Origin: a virus
Length of the DNA stretch: 45,724 nt
Virus record (IMG/VR): IMGVR_UViG_3300010385_000004
Strand: one strand, 5' to 3'
In this document: piece by piece, positions 15,134 to 24,143 of the stretch
How the letters are laid out: every line of letters begins with the position of its first letter
How positions within the stretch are numbered: the stretch's first letter is position 1
Position numbers and translations under genes: made by a program
The notes under the pieces: model-generated
Seen by the model: only the letters and a program-made list of their open reading frames with translations
Told to the model about the DNA's origin: nothing
Database searches by the model: none

Positions 15134-15381
15134 GACAAATCCTCACCAGTCAAACCAAGCTCTTTGCATTTGGCGATGATGGTTTTTCTAACCTTAACAG
15201 CGCGATTAACGCGTAGTTTAGATTGAAATTTAATGCCTTTACTAACTCGTTCATTACGGTTAAGAGTTGCAAGCTCGCGAATTTTTCCTGGCATAGCCAT
15301 TCGAGAATAAAACTCCTTACGCTCGTATTTTGCGCGGTTGTCGTTTATTTCCATGCCCAATAGTGGTATTGGTGTGTTCAT
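15130..15381 (-). CDS. hypothetical basic protein (83 aa)
   Basis: ORF track. Lys/Arg-rich. ATGA overlap with the upstream gene. Confidence 0.55.
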   Translation of the reverse strand: MNTPIPLLGMEINDNRAKYERKEFYSRMAMPGKIRELATLNRNERVSKGIKFQSKLRVNRAVKVRKTIIAKCKELGLTGEDLS

Positions 15382-15572
15382 GATTTCATCGCCTTATTTA
15401 TTGCATCAACGGTATCGCTAAATGCCAGTATATTTTCACCTTTAATTCGATTGCTAAAAGGATTTGATTGAATATCAAATACATCAAGACCGCTTCCTGT
15501 TTCAATAGCCAAAAACCACACTGGAGGATAATCAGGGCGCCAAGGCTCGTGTTGTTGTGGGTAGGTTTTCAT
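15378..15572 (-). CDS. hypothetical protein (64 aa)
   Basis: ORF track. ATGA overlap with the upstream small ORF. Confidence 0.55.
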   Translation of the reverse strand: MKTYPQQHEPWRPDYPPVWFLAIETGSGLDVFDIQSNPFSNRIKGENILAFSDTVDAINKAMKS

Positions 15573-15676
15573 TTAACACCCCACAACTTCAAGCGCTTTC
15601 TGTAGCACTGCTTTAACGTTTCATCTTGTTGGCCTAGCCAGTCAAAAAAGGCGATTACTGATGCTAGTTGTTTCAT
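15569..15676 (-). CDS. hypothetical protein (35 aa, below the ORF-track cutoff)
   Basis: Hand translation: MKQLASVIAFFDWLGQQDETLKQCYRKRLKLWGVK. First ORF of the antisense micro-operon. Confidence 0.4.
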   Translation of the reverse strand: MKQLASVIAFFDWLGQQDETLKQCYRKRLKLWGVK

Positions 15677-15772
15677 TGTTCAATTCCTTGCCTGTTGTCG
15701 ATAAAGCAAGATTACTGTATTGCGGTTTTGCAGTCAAGCATGTTTTATTAAAATAAATCAAATTAATTTTCA

Positions 15773-15781
15773 TGCTACAAT
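15773..15781 (+). promoter_or_regulatory. extended -10 promoter element TGCTACAAT upstream of the holin gene
   Basis: TGnTACAAT lies 32 nt upstream of the ATG at 15813. The identical 9-mer occurs at 17937-17945 upstream of the portal gene. Confidence 0.5.
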
Positions 15782-15812
15782 TTAGACTCTAAAACTAACT
15801 AGGTAAAACGGT

Positions 15813-16259
15813 ATGAGCTTAGACCCGATAACAGCGCTATTCAATATAGGAGAGTCGGTCATTGAAAAGATATGGCCGGACGAAACAAAACGTGCAGAAG
15901 AGGTGCGCAAACTAAAAGAGCTTGAACAAAACGGTGACCTGGCCAAGCTTGAAGCGCACGTAAAGCTACTAACCGGACAGCTAGAAATAAATAAGATTGA
16001 AGCTAACCACAAAAGCATATTTATAGCTGGGTGGAGGCCATTCTGCGGATGGGTGGGCGGCTTTGGGCTTGCCTATATATCAATAGTGGAGCCTATAGCA
16101 AGATTTGTTGCGCAAGTTGGATTTAATTACCAGGGCGATTTTCCAGAGATAAACACTGATATAACACTTCAAGTATTGCTTGGCATGCTTGGTTTGGGCG
16201 TAATGCGCAGCGCGGACAAGCGCAATAAAGCGCAGACAGATAGCATAAAAAAACCTTAA
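15813..16259 (+). CDS. holin (GTA_holin_3TM / DUF3154-like)
   Basis: The N-terminus DPITALFNIGESVIEKIWPD, the coiled coil, and then INKIEANHKSIFIAGWRPFCGWVGGFGLAY match the family pattern. It lies upstream of the endolysin. Confidence 0.65.
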   Translation: MSLDPITALFNIGESVIEKIWPDETKRAEEVRKLKELEQNGDLAKLEAHVKLLTGQLEINKIEANHKSIFIAGWRPFCGWVGGFGLAYISIVEPIARFVAQVGFNYQGDFPEINTDITLQVLLGMLGLGVMRSADKRNKAQTDSIKKP

Positions 16260-16323
16260 ACTATATTGCAATAATGCAAAAGCGTGTTACAGTTCTATTA
16301 CTAAAATTAATTAAGGAAGTTAA

Positions 16324-16599
16324 ATGCACAAAATAACCAAGCACAACGTTAATGGCACCATAGTAAAAGTTTGGCACCCGAACGAAAAACATGATGTGCC
16401 ATGCTTTCAAATATCAATTGATTCTGGCGGATGGCTTATCGGTTCGTATGACTCTATCGAATCCGCGATCCTTGGTGCTAATTGCAACTTAATGATGAAC
16501 GAAAGCTTTTACAAAATGCAAAAGCGAGTGAACCATGATGACAGGGAAAACAGATTGATAATGATGGATGATTTTGATTGTTTGGAGGATGAAAAATGA
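16324..16599 (+). CDS. hypothetical protein (91 aa)
   Basis: ORF track. RBS aaggaag. Confidence 0.6.
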   Translation: MHKITKHNVNGTIVKVWHPNEKHDVPCFQISIDSGGWLIGSYDSIESAILGANCNLMMNESFYKMQKRVNHDDRENRLIMMDDFDCLEDEK

Positions 16600-16931
16600 G
16601 CGAAACAAAGTTTACTAAGGGTGAGTGGTTTATCGGTCACTCGGAAGATGAGTGGAAGGCGCTATCAATAGACGTAAAATGTGAGCATGGGCTTGTTGAA
16701 ATTGCATCAATTAGCGGGATTGAAGTTGACTGCCGGGAGGAGTGTGTAGAATCAACAGCCAACGCCAACCTAATAGCCGCAGCGCCAGAAATGTATGCAG
16801 AAATAGAAAGCGAAATAGAGTTTCTAAGAGAGCTTAGGAGTGAAGCGCATACACCGTACATGGCTCAATTGTTTGATGAACGTATGGCAGGTAAAGAGAA
16901 ATTACTAGCAAAAGCACGAGGTGAGAAATGA
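16596..16931 (+). CDS. conserved phage hypothetical protein (ANANLIAAAPEMY motif)
   Basis: The TKGEW...ANANLIAAAPEMYAEIE pattern recurs in many phage orphan proteins. Function unknown. Confidence 0.6.
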   Translation: MSETKFTKGEWFIGHSEDEWKALSIDVKCEHGLVEIASISGIEVDCREECVESTANANLIAAAPEMYAEIESEIEFLRELRSEAHTPYMAQLFDERMAGKEKLLAKARGEK

Positions 16932-17383
16932 ACCCAAAACACATAACAGTACATTGCTCGGCAACTAAGCCTAAGCAGAATTTTAACGTCGATGCATTGC
17001 GCCGACTTCATGTTAATGTAAATGGATGGTCGGACATTGGCTATCATTTTTACATCACTACAGACGGCAAGCTTCACGAATGCAGACCGCTTAACCGAAA
17101 TGGTGCGCACGTTAAAGGCCATAATGATGACAACGTAGGCATTTGTCTTGAAGGGGGCTTAAATAACGATACCGGAAAGCCTGACGACACTTACAACCAT
17201 CATCAAATGGAAACGCTGAAAGAGCTAATCAAGCTGCTTAAATCTACTTTTGGTATAACCAACAAAAGCATTAAAGGACATCGCGATTGGTACGGCGATA
17301 AAAGCCAGTGGCTAAAAATGTGCCCTTGCTTTGATGTTCGCAAGTGGCTTAACGATAACGGCATAGGTATCTCTAAGGTATGA
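16928..17383 (+). CDS. endolysin, N-acetylmuramoyl-L-alanine amidase (Amidase_2 / T7-lysozyme-like)
   Basis: ITVHCSAT, DIGYHFYI, GAHVKGHNDDNVGICLEGG and GHRDW...CPCFDV provide zinc ligands in the canonical order. Confidence 0.85.
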   Translation: MNPKHITVHCSATKPKQNFNVDALRRLHVNVNGWSDIGYHFYITTDGKLHECRPLNRNGAHVKGHNDDNVGICLEGGLNNDTGKPDDTYNHHQMETLKELIKLLKSTFGITNKSIKGHRDWYGDKSQWLKMCPCFDVRKWLNDNGIGISKV

Positions 17384-17544
17384 AGAACAAAGACCAGCTA
17401 CGTGCAGAAAACAACGCTTTGCGAACAGCTTTAAAAGCCTGTAAGTCAAAGCGTGACACGTGGCGGTTTAACTTCTTTTTATTAGCCGCGTTTGTGGTGC
17501 TGTTATTGGTGGCGCAAACGTTTGGTATTGGTGTGTTTAGGTAG
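17380..17544 (+). CDS. tail-anchored small membrane protein (54 aa, below the ORF-track cutoff); lysis accessory candidate
   Basis: Hand translation: MKNKDQLRAENNALRTALKACKSKRDTWRFNFFLLAAFVVLLLVAQTFGIGVFR. Its ATG overlaps the amidase stop. Confidence 0.5.
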   Translation: MKNKDQLRAENNALRTALKACKSKRDTWRFNFFLLAAFVVLLLVAQTFGIGVFR

Positions 17545-17550
17545 GTAATA

Positions 17551-17886
17551 ATGAATTACGAAAACATGAGTGATCACAGAGTGAACGCATTAGTTACCAG
17601 TGCTATTTTTGACTGCGAACAATGGGAGTTTAACGACGATGAATTTTATCATTGCGGTATTGATGGAGGTGGTTATTTCTCGCAACCAGTGATTAACTAC
17701 TGCACCAGAATTGATCGTGCTTGGCCTATAATTATAGAAAACAATATTTCGCTGTGCTTTTCTGGCTCAGAATGCTCTGCATCATCGAGAGTTGCCAAGG
17801 GGCTCTTTATTGATGAGGTGTCAAGTTTTACCGATAAAAACCCGCTTCGCGCCGCAATGATTGTATTTTTAATGATGAAGAAATAA
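17551..17886 (+). CDS. DUF2591/NinX-like protein
   Basis: HRVNALVTSAIF... and INYCTRIDRAWPIIIENNISL resemble the family pattern (YSP..dW....piie...i). Recognised from memory only. Confidence 0.45.
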   Translation: MNYENMSDHRVNALVTSAIFDCEQWEFNDDEFYHCGIDGGGYFSQPVINYCTRIDRAWPIIIENNISLCFSGSECSASSRVAKGLFIDEVSSFTDKNPLRAAMIVFLMMKK

Positions 17887-17896
17887 CCCCAAACCC

Positions 17897-17923
17897 AACC
17901 CGCCTGACAAGCGGGTTTTTTTT
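17897..17923 (+). terminator. Rho-independent terminator
   Basis: aacccgc-ctgacaa-gcgggtt followed by a T8 run. Confidence 0.85.
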
Positions 17924-17936
17924 GCTCTACAATAAG

Positions 17937-17945
17937 TGCTACAAT
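17937..17945 (+). promoter_or_regulatory. extended -10 promoter element TGCTACAAT upstream of the portal gene
   Basis: Same 9-mer as 15773-15781. TGCAATA follows at 17949-17955. The ATG at 17976 lies 31 nt downstream. Confidence 0.5.
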
Positions 17946-17975
17946 GAATGCAATATAAATTCAAGGTTGTGCACC

Positions 17976-19526
17976 ATGTCAGCGAACAAAACCATTAAAG
18001 ATTTAATACCTCGTAATTACGGGCCTAAAAAGCAAGAGCAACAAGCCGAGTACGATCCGTACGCGGGCGAAATGCTGAGTCTCGGCCTTGATGAAAAGCG
18101 CACAGAGTATATTCAAAAAAACATAATCCAAGTTAAAGCGCCTATTCCAGCCATGAAAGCGGGTGTTGCTATGGATTCTGCTTGCGACAAAATGAATTAC
18201 AGTGGTAATTTTTCATACGTTAACCGACAAATACTTTCTTACTTTATCGCGTCGTCTTCATTTATTGGGTATTACGCAATGGCTGTTATAGCGCAAAACA
18301 AGATCGTACAAATGGGTTGCTCGTCTGCCGTTAAAGATGCCATGCGTAACGGCTATCAACTTGTTCAAGAAGATGGTGAAGAGTTACCACGAAAAGAGCA
18401 GCGACAAATAGCCAAGCTGGATAAACGCTATAAGCTAAAACAGAACATCATTGAAGCTGAAACGTTCAATAATGTGTTTGGTATTCGCCATATATTATTT
18501 AAGCATACAGATCCAAATTTTGACTATGAAGAGCCATTTAATGCCGATGCGTTTAAAGGTGGTAAGTATGCAGGTATGTCACAAATAGATCCTATGCTGG
18601 TTACGCCTGAACTTGATGATAACGACATTACCGACCCTACATCAATTAATTATTATGAACCTACCTACTGGCTAATTAATAACAATCGATACCACCGTAG
18701 CCACTTTGTTATATTAAAGGGCGATCCTGTAGCTGATTATCTTAAGCCGACCTATCGTTATGGTGGCATCAGTAAGGTTCAGCAAGTATATGAGCGTGTA
18801 TATGCGGGTGAGCGAACAGCTAATGAAATACCTCAGTTAGTTATGACTAAGCGCATGAATGTGCGTAAAACTGATTTAGCTAAGGCTCAAGCGAACAAAG
18901 AAAAGTTCATAGAGAAGCTAAACGCCGCATCTGAGTTTAGAGACAATTACGGCACTCAAGTTATCGGTCTTGATGAAGAGTCAAGCCAGTTAGAAACATC
19001 TTTAGCAGACCTAGATACTTCAATGTGGGCGAACTACCACCTTGTTGCAGCTATATTTCAACGCCCTGTTAGCAAGCTGTTTGGTACGGGTCATGGCGGT
19101 TTAGGAACTGGCGACACTGACGACGATTACGACATTTCAATGCTTGAGACTCTACAGTCTGGCAGCCTTGAGGACGTTGCTTATGCTCACTATGAGCGCC
19201 TGATGGCATCTGAGTTCAAAAAAGAAATGGAGCTTGATATTGTTTGGCATCCACTTAAAGTAATGAGCGAAAAAGAGCAAGCCGAAGTTAACTTCATCAA
19301 ATCTCAAACGGCGGTTAACCTTTACAATACTGGCGCGGTTGGTGATGTTGATATTAGAACGCAATTATCAGCTGATAAAACGAGCGGCTACTCTGGCGTT
19401 GAAGTCATCACCGAAGAGCAAGAGCAAGTAGATGTTGACGATGATGACATTAACGAAGAGCAAATAACACCAAAGACAGATCGAAGAGATTACAAAAAAT
19501 ACGCAGCCACAGAAGAGCGTGAGTAA
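17976..19526 (+). CDS. portal protein (DUF1073-type)
   Basis: 516 aa with an acidic C-terminus, immediately upstream of the MuF-like gene. The track start at 17922 lies inside the terminator, so the ATG at 17976 is preferred. Confidence 0.75.
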   Translation: MSANKTIKDLIPRNYGPKKQEQQAEYDPYAGEMLSLGLDEKRTEYIQKNIIQVKAPIPAMKAGVAMDSACDKMNYSGNFSYVNRQILSYFIASSSFIGYYAMAVIAQNKIVQMGCSSAVKDAMRNGYQLVQEDGEELPRKEQRQIAKLDKRYKLKQNIIEAETFNNVFGIRHILFKHTDPNFDYEEPFNADAFKGGKYAGMSQIDPMLVTPELDDNDITDPTSINYYEPTYWLINNNRYHRSHFVILKGDPVADYLKPTYRYGGISKVQQVYERVYAGERTANEIPQLVMTKRMNVRKTDLAKAQANKEKFIEKLNAASEFRDNYGTQVIGLDEESSQLETSLADLDTSMWANYHLVAAIFQRPVSKLFGTGHGGLGTGDTDDDYDISMLETLQSGSLEDVAYAHYERLMASEFKKEMELDIVWHPLKVMSEKEQAEVNFIKSQTAVNLYNTGAVGDVDIRTQLSADKTSGYSGVEVITEEQEQVDVDDDDINEEQITPKTDRRDYKKYAATEERE

Positions 19527-20482
19527 TGGCAATAAAACACAGCAAATTAAAACTAAGCGGTCAGCGTACAAAGTGGGTGCAAGGGCGTGACGTATCTTTA
19601 AGAGGTGCGCCCACTCGCATCAACCCGCAGGAAGTTAACGCCATAGCAAGCGAAGTCACTAAGCTGGTTGATCGCATGAATGACGATTTAACCAGTCAAA
19701 TAACTAGACTGTTCAAAACGTCCGCCGCTAAAAAGGCCATTCAAAAAACGGATGAAGTGGCAAGTCTTGAAGAGGCTGGAATGGTTTCTACTGCGTCGGA
19801 TGGTGTTGCTATGGATGCGTCTATCAGCTCTCTATCAATTGCGCTAACCAACAAGCTAGTTGCAAAGTGGACTAAGCGGTTTAACTCGTTTGGAGAGCAA
19901 TGGGCTGATAGCATGATTAAAAAAGTCGAAAAGAAAAGCGCCAAAGACTTACATAAAAGCATGGAAAAAATGAGCGGCGGTTTAAATATCGACACTAGCC
20001 AAATCAGCGATAAAACGCGCGATAAAATTTTATCAAGCACTGACCAGGCAACAAGCTTGATTAAATCTATTGGCCCTCAATACTCTACTGCAGTAAAAGA
20101 AGCTGTATCACGATCTATTGTTGACACTTCAAGTTCGTTTGAAGAGCTGCAAGCAAGTATTCATTCGATGCTTAAAGAGAAATACAAGGTTCATAAAAAC
20201 AAAGCGTTTAATGTGGCTAAAGATCAAATCAAAAAGAGCTACAACGGTATTACATCAAGCCGAATGCAGGAAATAGGCGCGGGTAATTACATATGGAGGC
20301 ATGCAGGCGGGAGTAAGCAGCCAAGGTGTTTCCATCGTGACGTGTTAAACGGTCAAACTTTTAGCCTAGACGATCCGCCAGTAATAGAGCCTAAGACGGG
20401 CGTGAAAGGCAAGCCGGGCGACTTGCCTTATTGCAACTGCTACATGGAGCCAGTTATTACTTTTGGTAACAAGAGGGGTTAG
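19526..20482 (+). CDS. head morphogenesis protein (Mu gpF / SPP1 gp7 family)
   Basis: The C-terminal YIWRHAGGSKQPRCFHRDVLNGQTFSLDDPP...KPGDLPYCNCY matches the Phage_Mu_F signature. Confidence 0.8.
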   Translation: MAIKHSKLKLSGQRTKWVQGRDVSLRGAPTRINPQEVNAIASEVTKLVDRMNDDLTSQITRLFKTSAAKKAIQKTDEVASLEEAGMVSTASDGVAMDASISSLSIALTNKLVAKWTKRFNSFGEQWADSMIKKVEKKSAKDLHKSMEKMSGGLNIDTSQISDKTRDKILSSTDQATSLIKSIGPQYSTAVKEAVSRSIVDTSSSFEELQASIHSMLKEKYKVHKNKAFNVAKDQIKKSYNGITSSRMQEIGAGNYIWRHAGGSKQPRCFHRDVLNGQTFSLDDPPVIEPKTGVKGKPGDLPYCNCYMEPVITFGNKRG

Positions 20483-21189
20483 GGTTGTTGCATGGTAAAT
20501 AGCTTTTCAGTAGCTTTCTTATGTTTACCATCTTTTGCAACACTAACATTTAACTCTTGCTGCCAAATACACTTAAAGTCGTCAGGCGCGTTATACTCAC
20601 TAACGAAGATGGTGTGCCCTTCTTTTGCTTTATCTCGACACCATTGCCAAAAATCTGAATGATTGAATTTATCCTTGTATCCTGTAGTGCCTTCGTATGG
20701 TGGGTCGCAGTAAATGATGCTATTAGGTGGTATATTTAAATCATCATAACTGCAGATTAGTAGCTCAACACCCTGCAGTAATGGCATCTTTTTCACCAGC
20801 GAGTTTTTACCGCAAATCAAATCCCTATCATACCCTGTAACTTTCCTTGGTCTTGCATATCCTCCAAAAAATTTAGAGCCAAAACTGGCATTGAATCCTA
20901 TATGTCCAACTATAAAGTCAGAATATAGGCTTTGGTTGTTCTTTATGTGAGCGTAGTCATCCTCATAAATCCTTGATGGTAGGTCATTACTCAATTGCAT
21001 TTCACAGTGCTGCAGTAGGGATATTAAGAATTTATTACTATCAGCGCCAATACGATTACCTGTGACCTTATCAATCATATTTGCACCGCCGACAAACGGC
21101 TCAACCCAATACTGACCTTCTTTGCGGTCTTTTAGCATTATCGGCAAAATGTGTTTTGCTATTCTGTTTTTGCTGCCCATGTATTTCAT
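20479..21189 (-). CDS. dam: DNA adenine methyltransferase (Dam-like, D12 class)
   Basis: MGSKNRIAKHILPIM, EPFVGGANM (FxGxG) and YCDPPYEGTTGY (DPPY). It is antisense to the flanking head genes. Confidence 0.85.
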   Translation of the reverse strand: MKYMGSKNRIAKHILPIMLKDRKEGQYWVEPFVGGANMIDKVTGNRIGADSNKFLISLLQHCEMQLSNDLPSRIYEDDYAHIKNNQSLYSDFIVGHIGFNASFGSKFFGGYARPRKVTGYDRDLICGKNSLVKKMPLLQGVELLICSYDDLNIPPNSIIYCDPPYEGTTGYKDKFNHSDFWQWCRDKAKEGHTIFVSEYNAPDDFKCIWQQELNVSVAKDGKHKKATEKLFTMQQP

Positions 21190-21329
21190 TCTTAAATACC
21201 TATCTACGATTAATTTAAAACAACAATAACGCGATTTTGCCTTTCTGTCAACACCCCTTTAAACTCTTTTTTGCATCCTCTTGCAATCTGCAATATACTA
21301 ACTAAAACACAGGCGATTACTAATTACGT

Positions 21330-22430
21330 ATGAAATACACAGAAGACGAAAACGGCTATATTACTATACCGAAAAACCCAATTTCAAAGTCGGGTGTTTT
21401 TCAGTACCTAGGGAAAAGTATTAGCCCTGAATTAGAGCCTGAAAGAGTATACAATGTATGGCGACCAGAAGAAGAGCTGAACAACCCTGACACAATTGAA
21501 TCATTCCGTTTAACGCCGTGGATACCTGAGCATGTAATGTTAGGTAGTGGCTTTACTCCTGCCGAAGTTGTTGGAGTTCAAGGTGTAACGGGAGAAACAG
21601 TTGAATTTCTGGGTGGTACACTCTATTCTAAACTAAAGCTTTTTGGTGATGACCTTAAAAAGCTTATTAAGGCCGGCTTAAAGGAGTTATCCTGCGGCTT
21701 TCGTTGCCAGTGGGATATAGTAAGCGGTGTTACGCCTGATGGACAGTCATTCGACGTTATACAAAGACAAATTCGCGGAAACCATTTGGCTAGTGTCGAG
21801 TCAGCTCGCATGGGTTCAGATGTTCGTGTTGCAATGGATAAGGCGGTTTTTGCGCTTGACTCCATAGATTTTAAACTTAAACCAAATGGTGGCAGTATGT
21901 TAACAGAAGAAATGAAAGAAGCTATGGACGCGGCAATTGAGCCAGTTCAAAAAGCGCTTGACGAAGCCAATAAAAAAATTGGTGAACTTGAGAAGAAAGC
22001 CGAAGACATGGACAAGGACGATAAAACGGCCGAAGACATGGAAGAAGAAAAGAAAAAAGAAGCTGCTGATAAAGAAAAATCAGAAGCTATGGATGCAGCT
22101 ATTCAAGAGCTAACTAAAGAAGTTAAAGCGATCAAGTCTACAGCGATGGACGGCAATGCAGTTATGAAAGCGTTTGCTGAAAAGCAAGACCTAGCTAATC
22201 GTGCAGCTCAAATTGTTGGTGCATTCGATCATGCTGACATGGACGCGCAAGGCGTAGCTAAACACGCACTTACTAAAATGGGCGTAGCTTGTGACTCAGG
22301 CCAAGAGCTTGCAATGTTTAAAGGTGTGCTTGCAGCGCGTCAAGCACCAACTTTCACCGTAGATCGTGGCAACGCTTTAGATAGCCAAGAGCCTACAAAA
22401 TCAGATGCACTAGATAAGGCGGGCTTATAA
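21330..22430 (+). CDS. DUF2213-type prohead scaffold/protease-like protein
   Basis: The N-terminus GYITIPKNPISKSGVFQYLG...VYNVWRPEEEL...ESFRLTPWIPEH matches DUF2213. The C-terminal half is an acidic coiled coil. Confidence 0.7.
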   Translation: MKYTEDENGYITIPKNPISKSGVFQYLGKSISPELEPERVYNVWRPEEELNNPDTIESFRLTPWIPEHVMLGSGFTPAEVVGVQGVTGETVEFLGGTLYSKLKLFGDDLKKLIKAGLKELSCGFRCQWDIVSGVTPDGQSFDVIQRQIRGNHLASVESARMGSDVRVAMDKAVFALDSIDFKLKPNGGSMLTEEMKEAMDAAIEPVQKALDEANKKIGELEKKAEDMDKDDKTAEDMEEEKKKEAADKEKSEAMDAAIQELTKEVKAIKSTAMDGNAVMKAFAEKQDLANRAAQIVGAFDHADMDAQGVAKHALTKMGVACDSGQELAMFKGVLAARQAPTFTVDRGNALDSQEPTKSDALDKAGL

Positions 22431-22936
22431 TGCAATCATCTATCTCTAATGAATTTTTAGCCACAGGTATTCCAGGCGAGTTTTCACGCTCTGGCAACCA
22501 GGAAACACGCGGCGCTATTTTAAACTCTGCAACCGAAGCGGGTAACGTTGTTGGTCGCGTTGTGTTTACTGTTGCCGATAACGATTACGAAGTTGGCATT
22601 GCTGCTGACGGTAATTTTGCTGGTATCTTATCAAGCCCTAAAACAGCGGTTCGCCCTACTTTAGATGCTCAAGCATTTATCTTAAACGAAACTCAAGTAG
22701 AAGTAGCTGAGCGTGGTTACCTATTCGTAACGCTTCCTGCTCCTGCTGCTGTTGGTGATTTTGTTTACTTTAGCGATACAACAGGCGAGCTTGCAACGGC
22801 TGCACCTGCTGATACCGCTCCTGCTGGTCACACTCGTTTACCTGGTGGTTTGGTTAAAGGCCAAAACGTTACTGCTGCCGGTGTTGGTGAAATTTACTTT
22901 GATATGGCTGGTTCAACTGCAACCGCAGCGGCTTAA
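22430..22936 (+). CDS. head cement/decoration-like protein
   Basis: Ala/Gly-rich 168-aa protein between the scaffold and major capsid genes. Called from position and composition. Confidence 0.45.
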   Translation: MQSSISNEFLATGIPGEFSRSGNQETRGAILNSATEAGNVVGRVVFTVADNDYEVGIAADGNFAGILSSPKTAVRPTLDAQAFILNETQVEVAERGYLFVTLPAPAAVGDFVYFSDTTGELATAAPADTAPAGHTRLPGGLVKGQNVTAAGVGEIYFDMAGSTATAAA

Positions 22937-22948
22937 GGAATTTAAAAC

Positions 22949-24073
22949 ATGTCTACAAAATTGAAATACAAATACAATGAGCACACAGCGGGCATTGCTC
23001 AAGATGCTGCAATCCTAGCTGGTAGCCCTGAACGACTAGATAAGCTTGGTTTATCTGTTAGTGACTCATTCGCTCGCAGCTTTAATAAAAATGCTATCAG
23101 AGTTGCTTTAGATGCTGGTATTACGCAACCAGTTACAACACCTTCAAACGGCACGCCTGTTCAATTCTTGCAAGAGTTTTTACCGGGTGTAGTTAATGTA
23201 ATGACGGTTGTGCGTAAAGCAGACCAAGTTGCACCGGTTGTTACTGCCGGTGATTGGCATTTAGAAGAAGTTGTTTTAAAAACAATGGAACATACCGCTA
23301 ACCCGCAGTTATATTCTGATCATGGTGGCGTGCCGCTAGTATCTTTTAACGAAACTTACGAACGCCGACAAGTTGTACGCTTTGAATTAGGTGTTCAACA
23401 TGCAATGTTAGCTGACGCCCGCGCTGCGGCTACTGGCACTAGCCCGTCAAATGAAAAGCGTGTTGCACTAGCGGAAGGTTTTGAAATCCTACGTAACGAT
23501 ATCGCGTTCAACGGTTTCAACGTTGGTACTGGTAAAACTTACGGTTACTTAAACGATCCTAGCTTGCCGTCTTACGTGACTGTTTCAACTGGTTCAGGTG
23601 GCGACACTACATGGGCAAGTAAAGACGCTGTAGAAATCGTAAACGATTTATCAACGGCTCTAGCTGCATTAGAAGTTCAAGCGGGCGGTAACATCGATCC
23701 GACAATGAACTCTATCAGCCTTGAAATTCCATTGGCGTACAACTCGTACTTAACTCGCTCTGATAGCTCATTCAGCAACGGTAAAACACCTATGGAGTGG
23801 TTAAAAGAAAACTACCCAACGGTTAAAGTTGTTACTGTTCCACAACTTACAGGCGCTAACGCTGGTGAAAATGTTTTCTACCTTAAAGCAGTGGCGGTTG
23901 ATAACTCTGGCACTGACGGCGGTGAAGCTATGATCCAAGTTGTGCCGGCTAAAATGCGTGCAATGGGTTCTGTGCCAAACGAGAAAGGCGGTTCGACTGA
24001 AGGATACACAGCGGCTTATTGTGGCGTGTTCACAAAAAGGCCTTTTGCTGTTATCCGATATACTGACATCTAA
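22949..24073 (+). CDS. major capsid protein (DUF2184-type)
   Basis: 374 aa, follows the DUF2213 and cement-like genes, and is followed by a strong terminator. Confidence 0.75.
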   Translation: MSTKLKYKYNEHTAGIAQDAAILAGSPERLDKLGLSVSDSFARSFNKNAIRVALDAGITQPVTTPSNGTPVQFLQEFLPGVVNVMTVVRKADQVAPVVTAGDWHLEEVVLKTMEHTANPQLYSDHGGVPLVSFNETYERRQVVRFELGVQHAMLADARAAATGTSPSNEKRVALAEGFEILRNDIAFNGFNVGTGKTYGYLNDPSLPSYVTVSTGSGGDTTWASKDAVEIVNDLSTALAALEVQAGGNIDPTMNSISLEIPLAYNSYLTRSDSSFSNGKTPMEWLKENYPTVKVVTVPQLTGANAGENVFYLKAVAVDNSGTDGGEAMIQVVPAKMRAMGSVPNEKGGSTEGYTAAYCGVFTKRPFAVIRYTDI

Positions 24074-24143
24074 TCTTGATGCAATCAGCCGTTAAGTGTA
24101 AACTATAAACGTTGATACATTTAATTTGCTGTTATATGTGCTG

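Noticed and set aside
17380-17544. Possible unimolecular spanin (the protein has a C-terminal TM segment and an LKAC sequence)
   Set aside because: There is no N-terminal signal peptide before the Cys, so it cannot be a secreted lipoprotein. It is kept only as a generic lysis-accessory candidate.
17922-17975. Upstream extension of the portal ORF (track start at 17922)
   Set aside because: The extension begins inside the T-run of the terminator at 17897-17923 and overlaps the promoter-like TGCTACAAT. The ATG at 17976 is the sensible start.
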